From the IMG/VR virus record IMGVR_UViG_3300021138_000003: 20,000 nucleotides of DNA, one strand, 5' to 3'. A model generated the notes under the pieces. It ran no database searches, was not told where the DNA came from, and was given only the letters and a program-made list of their open reading frames with translations. Position numbers and translations under genes: made by a program. This DNA is from an uncultured virus (IMG/VR IMGVR_UViG_3300021138_000003). Taxonomy: Duplodnaviria > Heunggongvirae > Uroviricota > Caudoviricetes. Shown in pieces: positions 1 through 7,002 of the stretch (position 1 is the first letter of the stretch; every line of letters begins with the position of its first letter).

Positions 1-1
1 A

Positions 2-133
2 GATGCTGCAACCGAGGATAACCCAGATGTAGAATTCGAATCTGTAGATAAAATCGTAATGGAACAACTGATCAAAATAGAATCAGATGCATTTGATACC
101 AAAATGCTTTTAGAGATTTATAATAACCTATAA
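2..133 (+). CDS. gp47: 3' end of recombination/repair exonuclease subunit (T4 gp47 / Mre11-SbcD-like), partial
   Basis: Frame 2 reads DAATEDNPDVEFESVDKIVMEQLIKIESDAFDTKMLLEIYNNL* (TAA 131-133). This resembles the C-terminus of phage gp47-like proteins, and the gene lies just upstream of gp46, as in T4-like phages. Confidence 0.7.
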   Translation, partial: DAATEDNPDVEFESVDKIVMEQLIKIESDAFDTKMLLEIYNNL

Positions 134-171
134 TGTCATTCAATATTAAAACACTCACCGTTAAGAGGTAA
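133..171 (+). pseudogene. Orphaned duplicate of the gp46 5' end (12-codon mini-ORF MSFNIKTLTVKR*)
   Basis: The ATG overlaps the gp47 stop (TAATG). The peptide aligns without gaps to the gp46 start MAFRIKSLTLKN at 841. Confidence 0.75.
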
Positions 172-174
172 ATA
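169..174 (+). promoter_or_regulatory. T4-like late promoter core (TAAATA) for the HNH gene
   Basis: GGTAAATA lies ~18 nt upstream of ATG 192. The same motif recurs ahead of most late units in the window. Confidence 0.55.
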
Positions 175-191
175 TATCAAAAAGGTTTACC

Positions 192-857
192 ATGAGACGA
201 CAATTTAATGACAAAGAATTAGAATTATTACACAATTTAGATTATAGTTCGAAAGAATTAGAAGAAATTTTAGGATTACCTAGTTATACTATTCAGCAAT
301 CTCGCAATAAATTAGGTATTAAAGCAAAAATTGGGCGGCCTTCGGGTATACCTTCATCGTTAAAAGGTGTAAAGAGATCAATCGAAATAGGTAAAAAAAT
401 TTCGTTAGCAAAAAAAGGAAAAGCTAATCCTAATAAAACGCGAAAAGAAACTAGAGAATGCATAGGTAAAGAATGTAATAATATGTTTATAGTTGTACAG
501 TCTAGTTCTAAAAAATATTGTTCTCATTCCTGCCAACAACGAACAACAAATGTTGCAAAAAAAGGAATAGGTACTAGAAAAATTCGTAATATATTAACGC
601 CAGAATATAAACGTTACGCAAGAAAAGTTCACGGGTTAAGTCAAAAAATATATGAACAAAATATCAATATAATCAATCCTAACAATTACCCCAGAACACG
701 TTGCGGAATAGATGGCGGCTGGCAACTAGATCATATAATTCCTATCAAAGAATGTTTCGAAAAAGGGTTAACTCCTCAAGAAGCATCACAAATCAGTAAC
801 CTTAGAATGTTACCATGGAAAGATAATTTAATGAGGCAATATGGCATTTCGAATTAA
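192..857 (+). CDS. Free-standing HNH homing endonuclease with N-terminal DNA-binding modules
   Basis: C-terminal HNH-like motif WQLDHIIP...SNLRMLPWKDN, a Cys cluster (CIGKEC...KYCSHSC) and a basic NUMOD3-like segment (KKISLAKKGK). It sits between gp47 and gp46. Confidence 0.8.
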   Translation: MRRQFNDKELELLHNLDYSSKELEEILGLPSYTIQQSRNKLGIKAKIGRPSGIPSSLKGVKRSIEIGKKISLAKKGKANPNKTRKETRECIGKECNNMFIVVQSSSKKYCSHSCQQRTTNVAKKGIGTRKIRNILTPEYKRYARKVHGLSQKIYEQNINIINPNNYPRTRCGIDGGWQLDHIIPIKECFEKGLTPQEASQISNLRMLPWKDNLMRQYGISN

Positions 858-2628
858 GAGTTTAACTTTGAAAAACTTCCTCTCAGTAGGAAATCAAACC
901 CAGGCAGTCGATTTTGACAAAGAACATCTCACACTAGTTCTAGGTGAAAACCTAGATCTCGGTGGTGATGATAGCGGTAGTCGAAATGGAACGGGCAAAA
1001 CTACTATGATCAACGCACTTAGCTATGCATTATATGGCCAAGCGTTGACCAACATTCGAAAAGAGAATTTAATCAATAAAACTAATGGTAAACACATGTT
1101 GGTTACTGTAGAGTTTGAAACAAAGGGTTCTACTTATCGAATCGAGCGTGGTCGTAAGCCTAACGTCTTAAAACTGTTTAAAGATGATCAAGAACAGAAA
1201 AAAGACGAAACCGAAGACGACGCACAAGGGGATAGCAGAGAAACCCAAAAAGATATTGAACAACTCCTAGGCATGAAGCATACTATGTTTAAGCACTTGG
1301 TTGCGCTTAACACATATACCGAACCGTTCTTATCTATGGGTGCTGCTGCACAACGAGAAGTCATCGAACAGCTATTAGGTATTACTGTTCTCAGCGAAAA
1401 AGCTGAAAATCTTAAAATAGCAATGAAAAAAGTCAAAGACGACATTCAATTAGAAACATTTAAAATTGAAAGTATTAAGACCGCCAACAGCAATGTTCAA
1501 AAAAGCATCGATAGCATCTCTATTAAAAGTACTGCTTGGGAAAATAAACAACAACAAGAAATAGATAAGCTAGGTAAAGCTATTATAGAATTAAGTTCTG
1601 TTGATATCGATGCAGAACTCAATGCCCATGTTACTCTTAAAGAATGGAATACAAATATTTCAACTAAAAGAGAACTGGTAAAACAGCAGGCAACATTAGA
1701 GTCTGCACTAAGTCGAGCAGAAAAGGCTGTGGACAAATACGCTAGAGAAATTTCTTCTCTAGAAGATAAAAAATGTCCCAGCTGCGAACAATCATTGCTC
1801 GATCATAAACACAGCGAAATGGTAGAAATTGTTAAAAAAGATCACAAAGAAAGCGTCATTTATGCAGATAAAGTCCGCAATGACTTATCAGTAATCAATG
1901 TCGCATTACAAGAGCTCGGAGATTTAACAAAGCCCGCTGATACATTTTATGAAACAGAGAGTGAAGCTCTAGGTCATAAAAATAATCTTGCTAGTTTAGA
2001 AAACAGTTTGGAATCTAAACTATTAGAGATGAACCCTTATCTTGAGCAAATTGAAGATCTAACGGAAACTGCACTCCAAGAAATTGATTGGACTACAGTT
2101 AATGAGTTGACAAAACTTAAAGATCATCAAGATTTCATGCATAAGCTACTAACAAATAAAGATTCTTTCATTAGAAAAAAGATCATAGATCAAAATCTAA
2201 GTTACCTAAACAAAAGATTGAGTTACTATGTCAGTAAACTAGGATTGCCGCATTTAGTGGTATTCCAAAATGACCTATCTGTAGAAATTACACAGCTAGG
2301 TCAAGAACTAGATTTTGACAATCTAAGTCGTGGTGAACGAAATCGACTAATTTTAAGTCTAAGTTTTGCGTTCCGCGATGTTTGGGAAAACTTATATCAA
2401 CACATTAACCTACTGTTTGTAGACGAGCTAATCGATGCTGGCATGGATGCCGCTGGCGTAGAAGCAGGGTTAAGCGTACTGAAGAAAATGGCCAGAGAAA
2501 GAAATAAAAACGTATTTTTGATCAGTCATAAAGATGACTTAGTTGGTCGAGTAAACACCGTTCTACGAGTAATCAAGGAGAACGGTTTCACGAGCTATGA
2601 TTCAAATCCAGAATATGTGGAGGCCTGA
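841..2628 (+). CDS. gp46: Rad50/SbcC-like ATPase, recombination endonuclease subunit (T4 gp46-like)
   Basis: Walker A (NGTGKT), coiled coil with CPSC zinc hook, ABC signature (LSRGER), Walker B (LLFVDE) and H-loop (ISH). GAGG SD at 833-836. Confidence 0.93.
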   Translation: MAFRIKSLTLKNFLSVGNQTQAVDFDKEHLTLVLGENLDLGGDDSGSRNGTGKTTMINALSYALYGQALTNIRKENLINKTNGKHMLVTVEFETKGSTYRIERGRKPNVLKLFKDDQEQKKDETEDDAQGDSRETQKDIEQLLGMKHTMFKHLVALNTYTEPFLSMGAAAQREVIEQLLGITVLSEKAENLKIAMKKVKDDIQLETFKIESIKTANSNVQKSIDSISIKSTAWENKQQQEIDKLGKAIIELSSVDIDAELNAHVTLKEWNTNISTKRELVKQQATLESALSRAEKAVDKYAREISSLEDKKCPSCEQSLLDHKHSEMVEIVKKDHKESVIYADKVRNDLSVINVALQELGDLTKPADTFYETESEALGHKNNLASLENSLESKLLEMNPYLEQIEDLTETALQEIDWTTVNELTKLKDHQDFMHKLLTNKDSFIRKKIIDQNLSYLNKRLSYYVSKLGLPHLVVFQNDLSVEITQLGQELDFDNLSRGERNRLILSLSFAFRDVWENLYQHINLLFVDELIDAGMDAAGVEAGLSVLKKMARERNKNVFLISHKDDLVGRVNTVLRVIKENGFTSYDSNPEYVEA

Positions 2629-2879
2629 TGTCAGAACTGATAAACAAGTATACTGAACTACATGACGAGTTTATAGACGCATTAGTTGAGTACCATACTT
2701 TACATCTATCGTTTTTAGAAAGACAAAGTCCATCTAGAACTTCAGATTTAAGAAAAGTTTTAAAAAGATTGCGACTAACCGCGAAGGCCATGGAACAAAT
2801 TGCCCAACTACGTAAAAAAGAAAGAAGCGTAGAATGGAGCGCAGTCAACAGAGTAAAAAAGGATAATACAAATGAGTGA
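2628..2879 (+). CDS. Small helical basic protein, possibly a diverged Hc1-like paralog
   Basis: TGATG coupling to gp46. Shares an RKxLxxLxxxxK...KxxR pattern with the next gene. Confidence 0.65.
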   Translation: MSELINKYTELHDEFIDALVEYHTLHLSFLERQSPSRTSDLRKVLKRLRLTAKAMEQIAQLRKKERSVEWSAVNRVKKDNTNE

Positions 2880-3066
2880 TACAACAACCGCAATTCAGAC
2901 CGCAGTAGATTCGTTTCTAGCAGAAGATGCTAAGTTTACCAAGGGTAATGCTGCTGCCGGTACTCGTGCTCGCAAGGCACTAGGTGACCTCGGCAAGCTC
3001 GTTAAGACTCGTCGTAACGAAATTACTGCTGAAAAGAATGCACGCAAGGAAGCCAAGGCCAAGTAA
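2872..3066 (+). CDS. Histone H1-like (Hc1-family) nucleoid protein
   Basis: Motif F-x-KGNAAAGTRARKAL resembles Hc1-like proteins. Lys/Ala-rich tail and strongly biased, highly-expressed-type codons. Confidence 0.75.
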   Translation: MSDTTTAIQTAVDSFLAEDAKFTKGNAAAGTRARKALGDLGKLVKTRRNEITAEKNARKEAKAK

Positions 3067-3492
3067 TTGACCTGGTTCTTTCAGAACAATATTGTATCTG
3101 AACTACCCGAAGACTGTGTTGGTTTCGTTTATTTGATTACCAACACGGTCTCCGGCCGTATGTACATAGGCAAAAAACTAGCAAAATTTTCAAAGACGAC
3201 CTACAAAACTGTAAAGTTGAAGAACGGCACAAAAAAACGTAAAAAAATTCGAGGCAAAATTGAATCTGATTGGCAAACGTATTATGGTTCAAGTGAGAAC
3301 CTAAATGCAGACGTTGAGGCCTTAGGCAAGGATAAATTCAAGCGAGAGATTCTTTATTACTGCAAGTCTAAAGCAGAATGCAGTTATGTTGAAGCTCGGG
3401 AACAATTTAACCGTAAAGTTTTAGAAACAACAGATTATTATAACGGACATATTTCCGTCCGTGTACATGGCTCACACATTAAGAAACTGTAA
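3067..3492 (+). CDS. Short GIY-YIG nuclease
   Basis: GFVYLITN...RMYIGKK motif, WQTYYGSS, conserved E (EAREQ) and YYN. TTG start directly follows the previous stop. Confidence 0.8.
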   Translation: MTWFFQNNIVSELPEDCVGFVYLITNTVSGRMYIGKKLAKFSKTTYKTVKLKNGTKKRKKIRGKIESDWQTYYGSSENLNADVEALGKDKFKREILYYCKSKAECSYVEAREQFNRKVLETTDYYNGHISVRVHGSHIKKL

Positions 3493-3493
3493 T

Positions 3494-3775
3494 ATGACTG
3501 ACTATAATAACGCAAAAAAACACGATTATGATCTACAAGATATAATTGCGTTGGAAAAAATTAGGCACAAAATTCAAGATCCTAAATGGCAAAACTATAG
3601 TCTCGGCAAAACTAAAAACAGACCACTATCTCAAAATACAAAAATCAACTTAGGCAAACACGAACAACACGATTGGCAACCACTCAAAGGTCCATTTGGT
3701 CCACATGCAGGCAAGATAATTTGTAAGACCTGCAAAGACAAATGGGTCGCATGGCTTCCTAAAGGCTCCATCTAA
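3494..3775 (+). CDS. Hypothetical protein with C-terminal His/Cys Zn-ribbon-like motif
   Basis: ATG 3494 lies 1 nt after the GIY-YIG stop. Motif GPHAGKIICKTCKDKWVAWLPK. Confidence 0.65.
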   Translation: MTDYNNAKKHDYDLQDIIALEKIRHKIQDPKWQNYSLGKTKNRPLSQNTKINLGKHEQHDWQPLKGPFGPHAGKIICKTCKDKWVAWLPKGSI

Positions 3776-3780
3776 GGCAC

Positions 3781-4125
3781 TACAGTTCGTAACACATAAG
3801 GGTGTCGGCCCAGTACTAAACCGATGTGGAAAAGGCGATGATTCCTAGTCGCACACGTAACATGTTAAGCATTCCCCACTGGGTCTAAGATTGACATAGA
3901 ATGTCTGTTACCATTCGAAAACACTAATGCTCTTAAAAACCTTGAGGACGGAACGAACCCAAGGATACTACAAAATTGCTTGTAGGATGTCGCGGTAGGC
4001 AGGGAAAGCGCAGAGCCCATAGAGCGGGTGTATAAACAAGGAACCTACTTCCAATGTCTTGGCTGTGAGAACTCACATGAAAACCAAGGATGGCGGAACC
4101 TTTAAGGAGGTTCCGTCTGACTGCA
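3781..4125 (+). ncRNA. Candidate large structured non-coding RNA (family unassigned; strand inferred from operon direction and G-U pairs)
   Basis: No ORF of 60 aa or more. Many helices, e.g. 3807-3814/3878-3885, 3893-3897/3901-3905, 3940-3944/3960-3964, 3968-3973/3980-3985, 4058-4062/4084-4088 (enclosing 4064-4068/4073-4077) and 4092-4101/4108-4117. Confidence 0.55.
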
Positions 4126-4134
4126 ACAATCTAC

Positions 4135-4241
4135 ATGAATATTAAGTTGCTTCGCTCATAGATTCATATAAATCAAACTAAATGAAAAAAGAAAAATTGC
4201 TTCGAACGATTAGTGAAGAAGCAAATGAGCTTCAGCTCATT
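4135..4241. repeat. Cluster of GCTTC/GAAGC-containing inverted repeats
   Basis: TTGCTTC 4197-4203 pairs with GAAGCAA 4218-4224. AATGAGC-TTCA-GCTCATT at 4224-4241. GCTTCGC at 4149-4155 reads GCGAAGC on the minus strand. Confidence 0.6.
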
Positions 4242-4247
4242 ATTATA

Positions 4248-4254
4248 ATAAATA
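4248..4254 (+). promoter_or_regulatory. T4-like late promoter (ATAAATA)
   Basis: Located ~25 nt upstream of ATG 4279, with a GGAG SD in between. Confidence 0.6.
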
Positions 4255-4278
4255 AAACATCGCTTGTGGAGCATAAGA

Positions 4279-5112
4279 ATGAAAATCAATGAATTAATGA
4301 CTGAATCGCAGATAGATGAATTAAGTCTAGGTGGGATTGGCAGAGGGCTAGCTAAAGGAGTAGGTGGGTTTGCTAGAGGTGCAGGCGCACTAGCTGGCGG
4401 CCTTGCAGGCGCTGGCGCTGCTGCTCGACAAGGATATGCTGCTGGTCGATCAGCAGTTAGTGGTCAAACTCTGACTCATTCAAATGGCAGATCAATTAAA
4501 AAAGGCGAACAGTTTGATGCTGTAACTGGTAAACCATTACCACAAGCTAGTGAACAACCATCTCCGCAAGCTACTACAGCAGCGCCTATTTCGCAGGGTA
4601 CAACTCCTACACAAGGTACTGCAACTACTTCACAGACTACAAATCCATTTGCTGCACCTACTGTTCCTCAAAGACCTGCAACTACTACTAATTTTAGAAG
4701 TCCAACTAGCGGAGGCATCACTACAGGTGGTAGCTTATTACGTACTGGTTCAACAACTGCTGCTTCAAAGGCTCCGCAAGCCGTTGCTCCTACTCCTAAA
4801 GCTGCTGCTCCTCAGGCCGCTAAGATATCTCCAGAAGAACAGCAATGGGAAGCAAATCTTAAAAAGCAAGGTATGACTCCTGACGAAATTGAAAAGGCTC
4901 GTCCGGCTTATCGAGCTCGTCAAAATAGACCACTTCCGCAGGCAGGTGGTACAACACTAGCTGCTAATAGACCAGCAATGAAGTCTGGAGATTATGATTG
5001 GGCAGGCGGAGGAGTTGGTCCAGACACTAAAATAGGCGATATTAAAAATATGCAGAAACCTACATCAGAATCTGTGATTTTTTATAGTAAATTTCTAGGT
5101 CAAGACATTTAA
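4279..5112 (+). CDS. Low-complexity Gly/Ala/Pro/Thr-rich protein, putative internal head protein
   Basis: Starts MKINELMTE (capsid-targeting/cleavage-like leader) behind a late promoter. Gly-Ala-rich N-terminal part and Pro/Thr/Ala linker. Confidence 0.65.
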   Translation: MKINELMTESQIDELSLGGIGRGLAKGVGGFARGAGALAGGLAGAGAAARQGYAAGRSAVSGQTLTHSNGRSIKKGEQFDAVTGKPLPQASEQPSPQATTAAPISQGTTPTQGTATTSQTTNPFAAPTVPQRPATTTNFRSPTSGGITTGGSLLRTGSTTAASKAPQAVAPTPKAAAPQAAKISPEEQQWEANLKKQGMTPDEIEKARPAYRARQNRPLPQAGGTTLAANRPAMKSGDYDWAGGGVGPDTKIGDIKNMQKPTSESVIFYSKFLGQDI

Positions 5113-5855
5113 TTATTGGAATTTTTAAGAGATGCAAATCGCGCCTTGCGGCCTTCTGAAATTGCTCTCTTATGTTCTTCGGATTTAGGCTTACGCATTT
5201 TTTGTTTAGTCTCTTCAGATTTTGGTCCAAGTTTCTTTCCCTTGAGGCTATCTGATAATTTCTGTTTATGTTCTTCGGATTTAATTTTGCCTTTGAGGCC
5301 AGCCGATATTTTTTTAGATATTTCTTTTTTCTGTTGGTCTGAAAATTCTACAGGATCTCTATTTTTCTGCGCAATACTCATTCTTTCTTTTTGCGCTAAA
5401 GTTCGCGTTTTTCCTATATTTGCTATCCGGCGTTTTTCTATAGTTTCTGGAGAAGATATGCGCCCTAAATTTCCTTTTGAAATATTAGCACGATGTTCAC
5501 TACTTAATATTTTACCTTTAAATTTCTCACTTTGAATTTTAGAGGCTTCTTTTTTAATAACTTCATATAATCTAGAATTAATATATCGATGTTGATATTG
5601 TCGTGCGCGTTTCATTCCGTTGCACGCATAAATCATTTTATGATAATCATTACCAATTGTGAACTTAGTTAATAAAAAATGACAAATAAAATGTTCTCTA
5701 GCTGTTAATCTCACAAGATTTGATTCATCATTATTACCACCTAAGCTTCTTGGTATTATATGATGTACTTCGGAATAATCTAAAATCCTATATTGTGATT
5801 TTGCATTCTGAATGATATTATTATACCATTTATTATATTTGTTATCTATAAACAT
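5109..5855 (-). CDS. HNH homing endonuclease with C-terminal NUMOD3-like repeats
   Basis: EVHHIIPRSLGG...NLVRLTAREHFICH, followed by repeated KSEEHKQKLS/KSEETKQKMR/KSEEHKRAIS motifs. Confidence 0.88.
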   Translation of the reverse strand: MFIDNKYNKWYNNIIQNAKSQYRILDYSEVHHIIPRSLGGNNDESNLVRLTAREHFICHFLLTKFTIGNDYHKMIYACNGMKRARQYQHRYINSRLYEVIKKEASKIQSEKFKGKILSSEHRANISKGNLGRISSPETIEKRRIANIGKTRTLAQKERMSIAQKNRDPVEFSDQQKKEISKKISAGLKGKIKSEEHKQKLSDSLKGKKLGPKSEETKQKMRKPKSEEHKRAISEGRKARFASLKNSNN

Positions 5856-5875
5856 TAAGTCTGTATCCTTATGTT

Positions 5876-5883
5876 TATTTATA
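5876..5883 (-). promoter_or_regulatory. T4 late promoter, perfect consensus TATAAATA
   Basis: Plus strand TATTTATA at 5876-5883, ~20 nt upstream of the HNH ATG. AAGGA SD in between. Confidence 0.75.
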
Positions 5884-5908
5884 CTTATAAATGCAGGCTA
5901 GTGTTTTT

Positions 5909-6139
5909 CTAAAAGAAATTAAGACCAGTTTCTTTGGTTGTATTGAGATTATCTTCGATAATTCCGTAGATAATCTCACGAGTTTCAACATCTAGTTGAA
6001 ATGCTAGGTCTAGGGTAACACTACCTCTCATAAACCAACAAATTTTAAGTAGATCTTTTTTAATAGCCTTGGAATCTTTGTCAAATTGAAGTACAAAATC
6101 TTCAATCTCAGAGCTATCGAGTGTTAAGATCTTTGCGCG
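5909..6139 (-). CDS. Unannotated -1 frame extension of the gp26-like chaperone (gpT/gp51-like segment)
   Basis: Open frame RAKILTLDSSEIEDFVLQFDKDSKAIKKDLLKICWFMRGSVTLDLAFQLDVETREIIYGIIEDNLNTTKETGLNFF* (TAG 5911-5909). It has no ATG/GTG/TTG until an internal Met at 6031 and is entered by the slippery heptamer at 6145-6139. Confidence 0.7.
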   Translation of the reverse strand, partial: RAKILTLDSSEIEDFVLQFDKDSKAIKKDLLKICWFMRGSVTLDLAFQLDVETREIIYGIIEDNLNTTKETGLNFF

Positions 6140-6993
6140 AAAAAATCCGAGTTGTCCATTGTCACTGGGAGAAGATATGTTTCAGGTGCACCTGCTTCAA
6201 TCTGCTCTTCAGATGATCTAATTGTTATTGGCTTAAGACTGTTTGCATCGCGCATGGCAGCAATGTGTTCTTGTATTTTTTTGTAAACATCTTTGTCTGC
6301 ATTATCGAGAAATTCTTTAATAAATTCTCGTTCTCTAACAATTGTGCCCGGGATTTCTATGGCTTTAATACTTTCGACTGTGAGATCTAAAGTAATATCG
6401 CTCATAGAGCCTAGTCCTTGATTGTAAATTTCTAATTTTTGTTCTTCACTTAACTCGTCATTATTTGCCGCCTGTAATAGACGCTGAGTTTCAAAAGTTT
6501 TTAAACTGGTATTTGTAAGATGTTTGTATGTTAGCGGACGAATGAAACAAGTTAAATTATCAGTGATCTGCACAGCTTCTTTCCACGGATCTGATCTTGA
6601 TAATTCGTCGAGCAAGATGCGTAGGTCGACTTGGTAGGTTACATCTTCGTTGGTGTTAGGAACTCGATGAGTGAGATCCATCATTTCTCCGTAGGTTGCT
6701 AATCTAATAGCAATTAACAGAGTATCAACGTCGATGTTTGGAGTATCCCAGGCATTTTTGATGTTAGGAATGCAGCTCTCGATCACATCAACTACTGCTT
6801 GACCGTTGAGTAGCGCATCAGGAGTTTTAAACATTAGTTCATCTTTGGCAGTCATGGAATAAACTGGCAATTGGCCGTTTTCTGGATAATTGATACTACC
6901 ATCGGGCCAATAGGCTCCGTTGCTGGGTAAACTAATGTAGATCTTAGGTTGTCTCATGAAGTTAGACAACGGATTTTGTTTAGATACAGTCAT
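6124..6993 (-). CDS. Baseplate hub / tail assembly chaperone (T4 gp26-like), paralog B
   Basis: NPL...RQPKIYISLPS...MTAKDE...SCIP...DTLLIAIRLATYG pattern resembles gp26-like hub proteins. Adjacent to the tape-measure-like gene. Confidence 0.7.
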   Translation of the reverse strand: MTVSKQNPLSNFMRQPKIYISLPSNGAYWPDGSINYPENGQLPVYSMTAKDELMFKTPDALLNGQAVVDVIESCIPNIKNAWDTPNIDVDTLLIAIRLATYGEMMDLTHRVPNTNEDVTYQVDLRILLDELSRSDPWKEAVQITDNLTCFIRPLTYKHLTNTSLKTFETQRLLQAANNDELSEEQKLEIYNQGLGSMSDITLDLTVESIKAIEIPGTIVREREFIKEFLDNADKDVYKKIQEHIAAMRDANSLKPITIRSSEEQIEAGAPETYLLPVTMDNSDFFAQRS

Positions 6994-7002
6994 GTATTAT
7001 CC

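Noticed and set aside
3891..3920. TTGACA as a sigma70 -35 element (also at 14633-14638)
   Set aside because: No acceptable -10 hexamer at 16-18 nt spacing in either case.
3781..4125. Assignment of the structured region to group I/II intron, RNase P, tmRNA or tRNA
   Set aside because: No interrupted host gene. I found no recognisable group I P7 or group II domain V consensus, no GAGGAAAGUCC RNase P motif, and no tRNA-like T-arm or CCA end.
5116..5535. 139-aa plus-strand ORF
   Set aside because: Antisense shadow of the HNH gene with no recognisable motifs.
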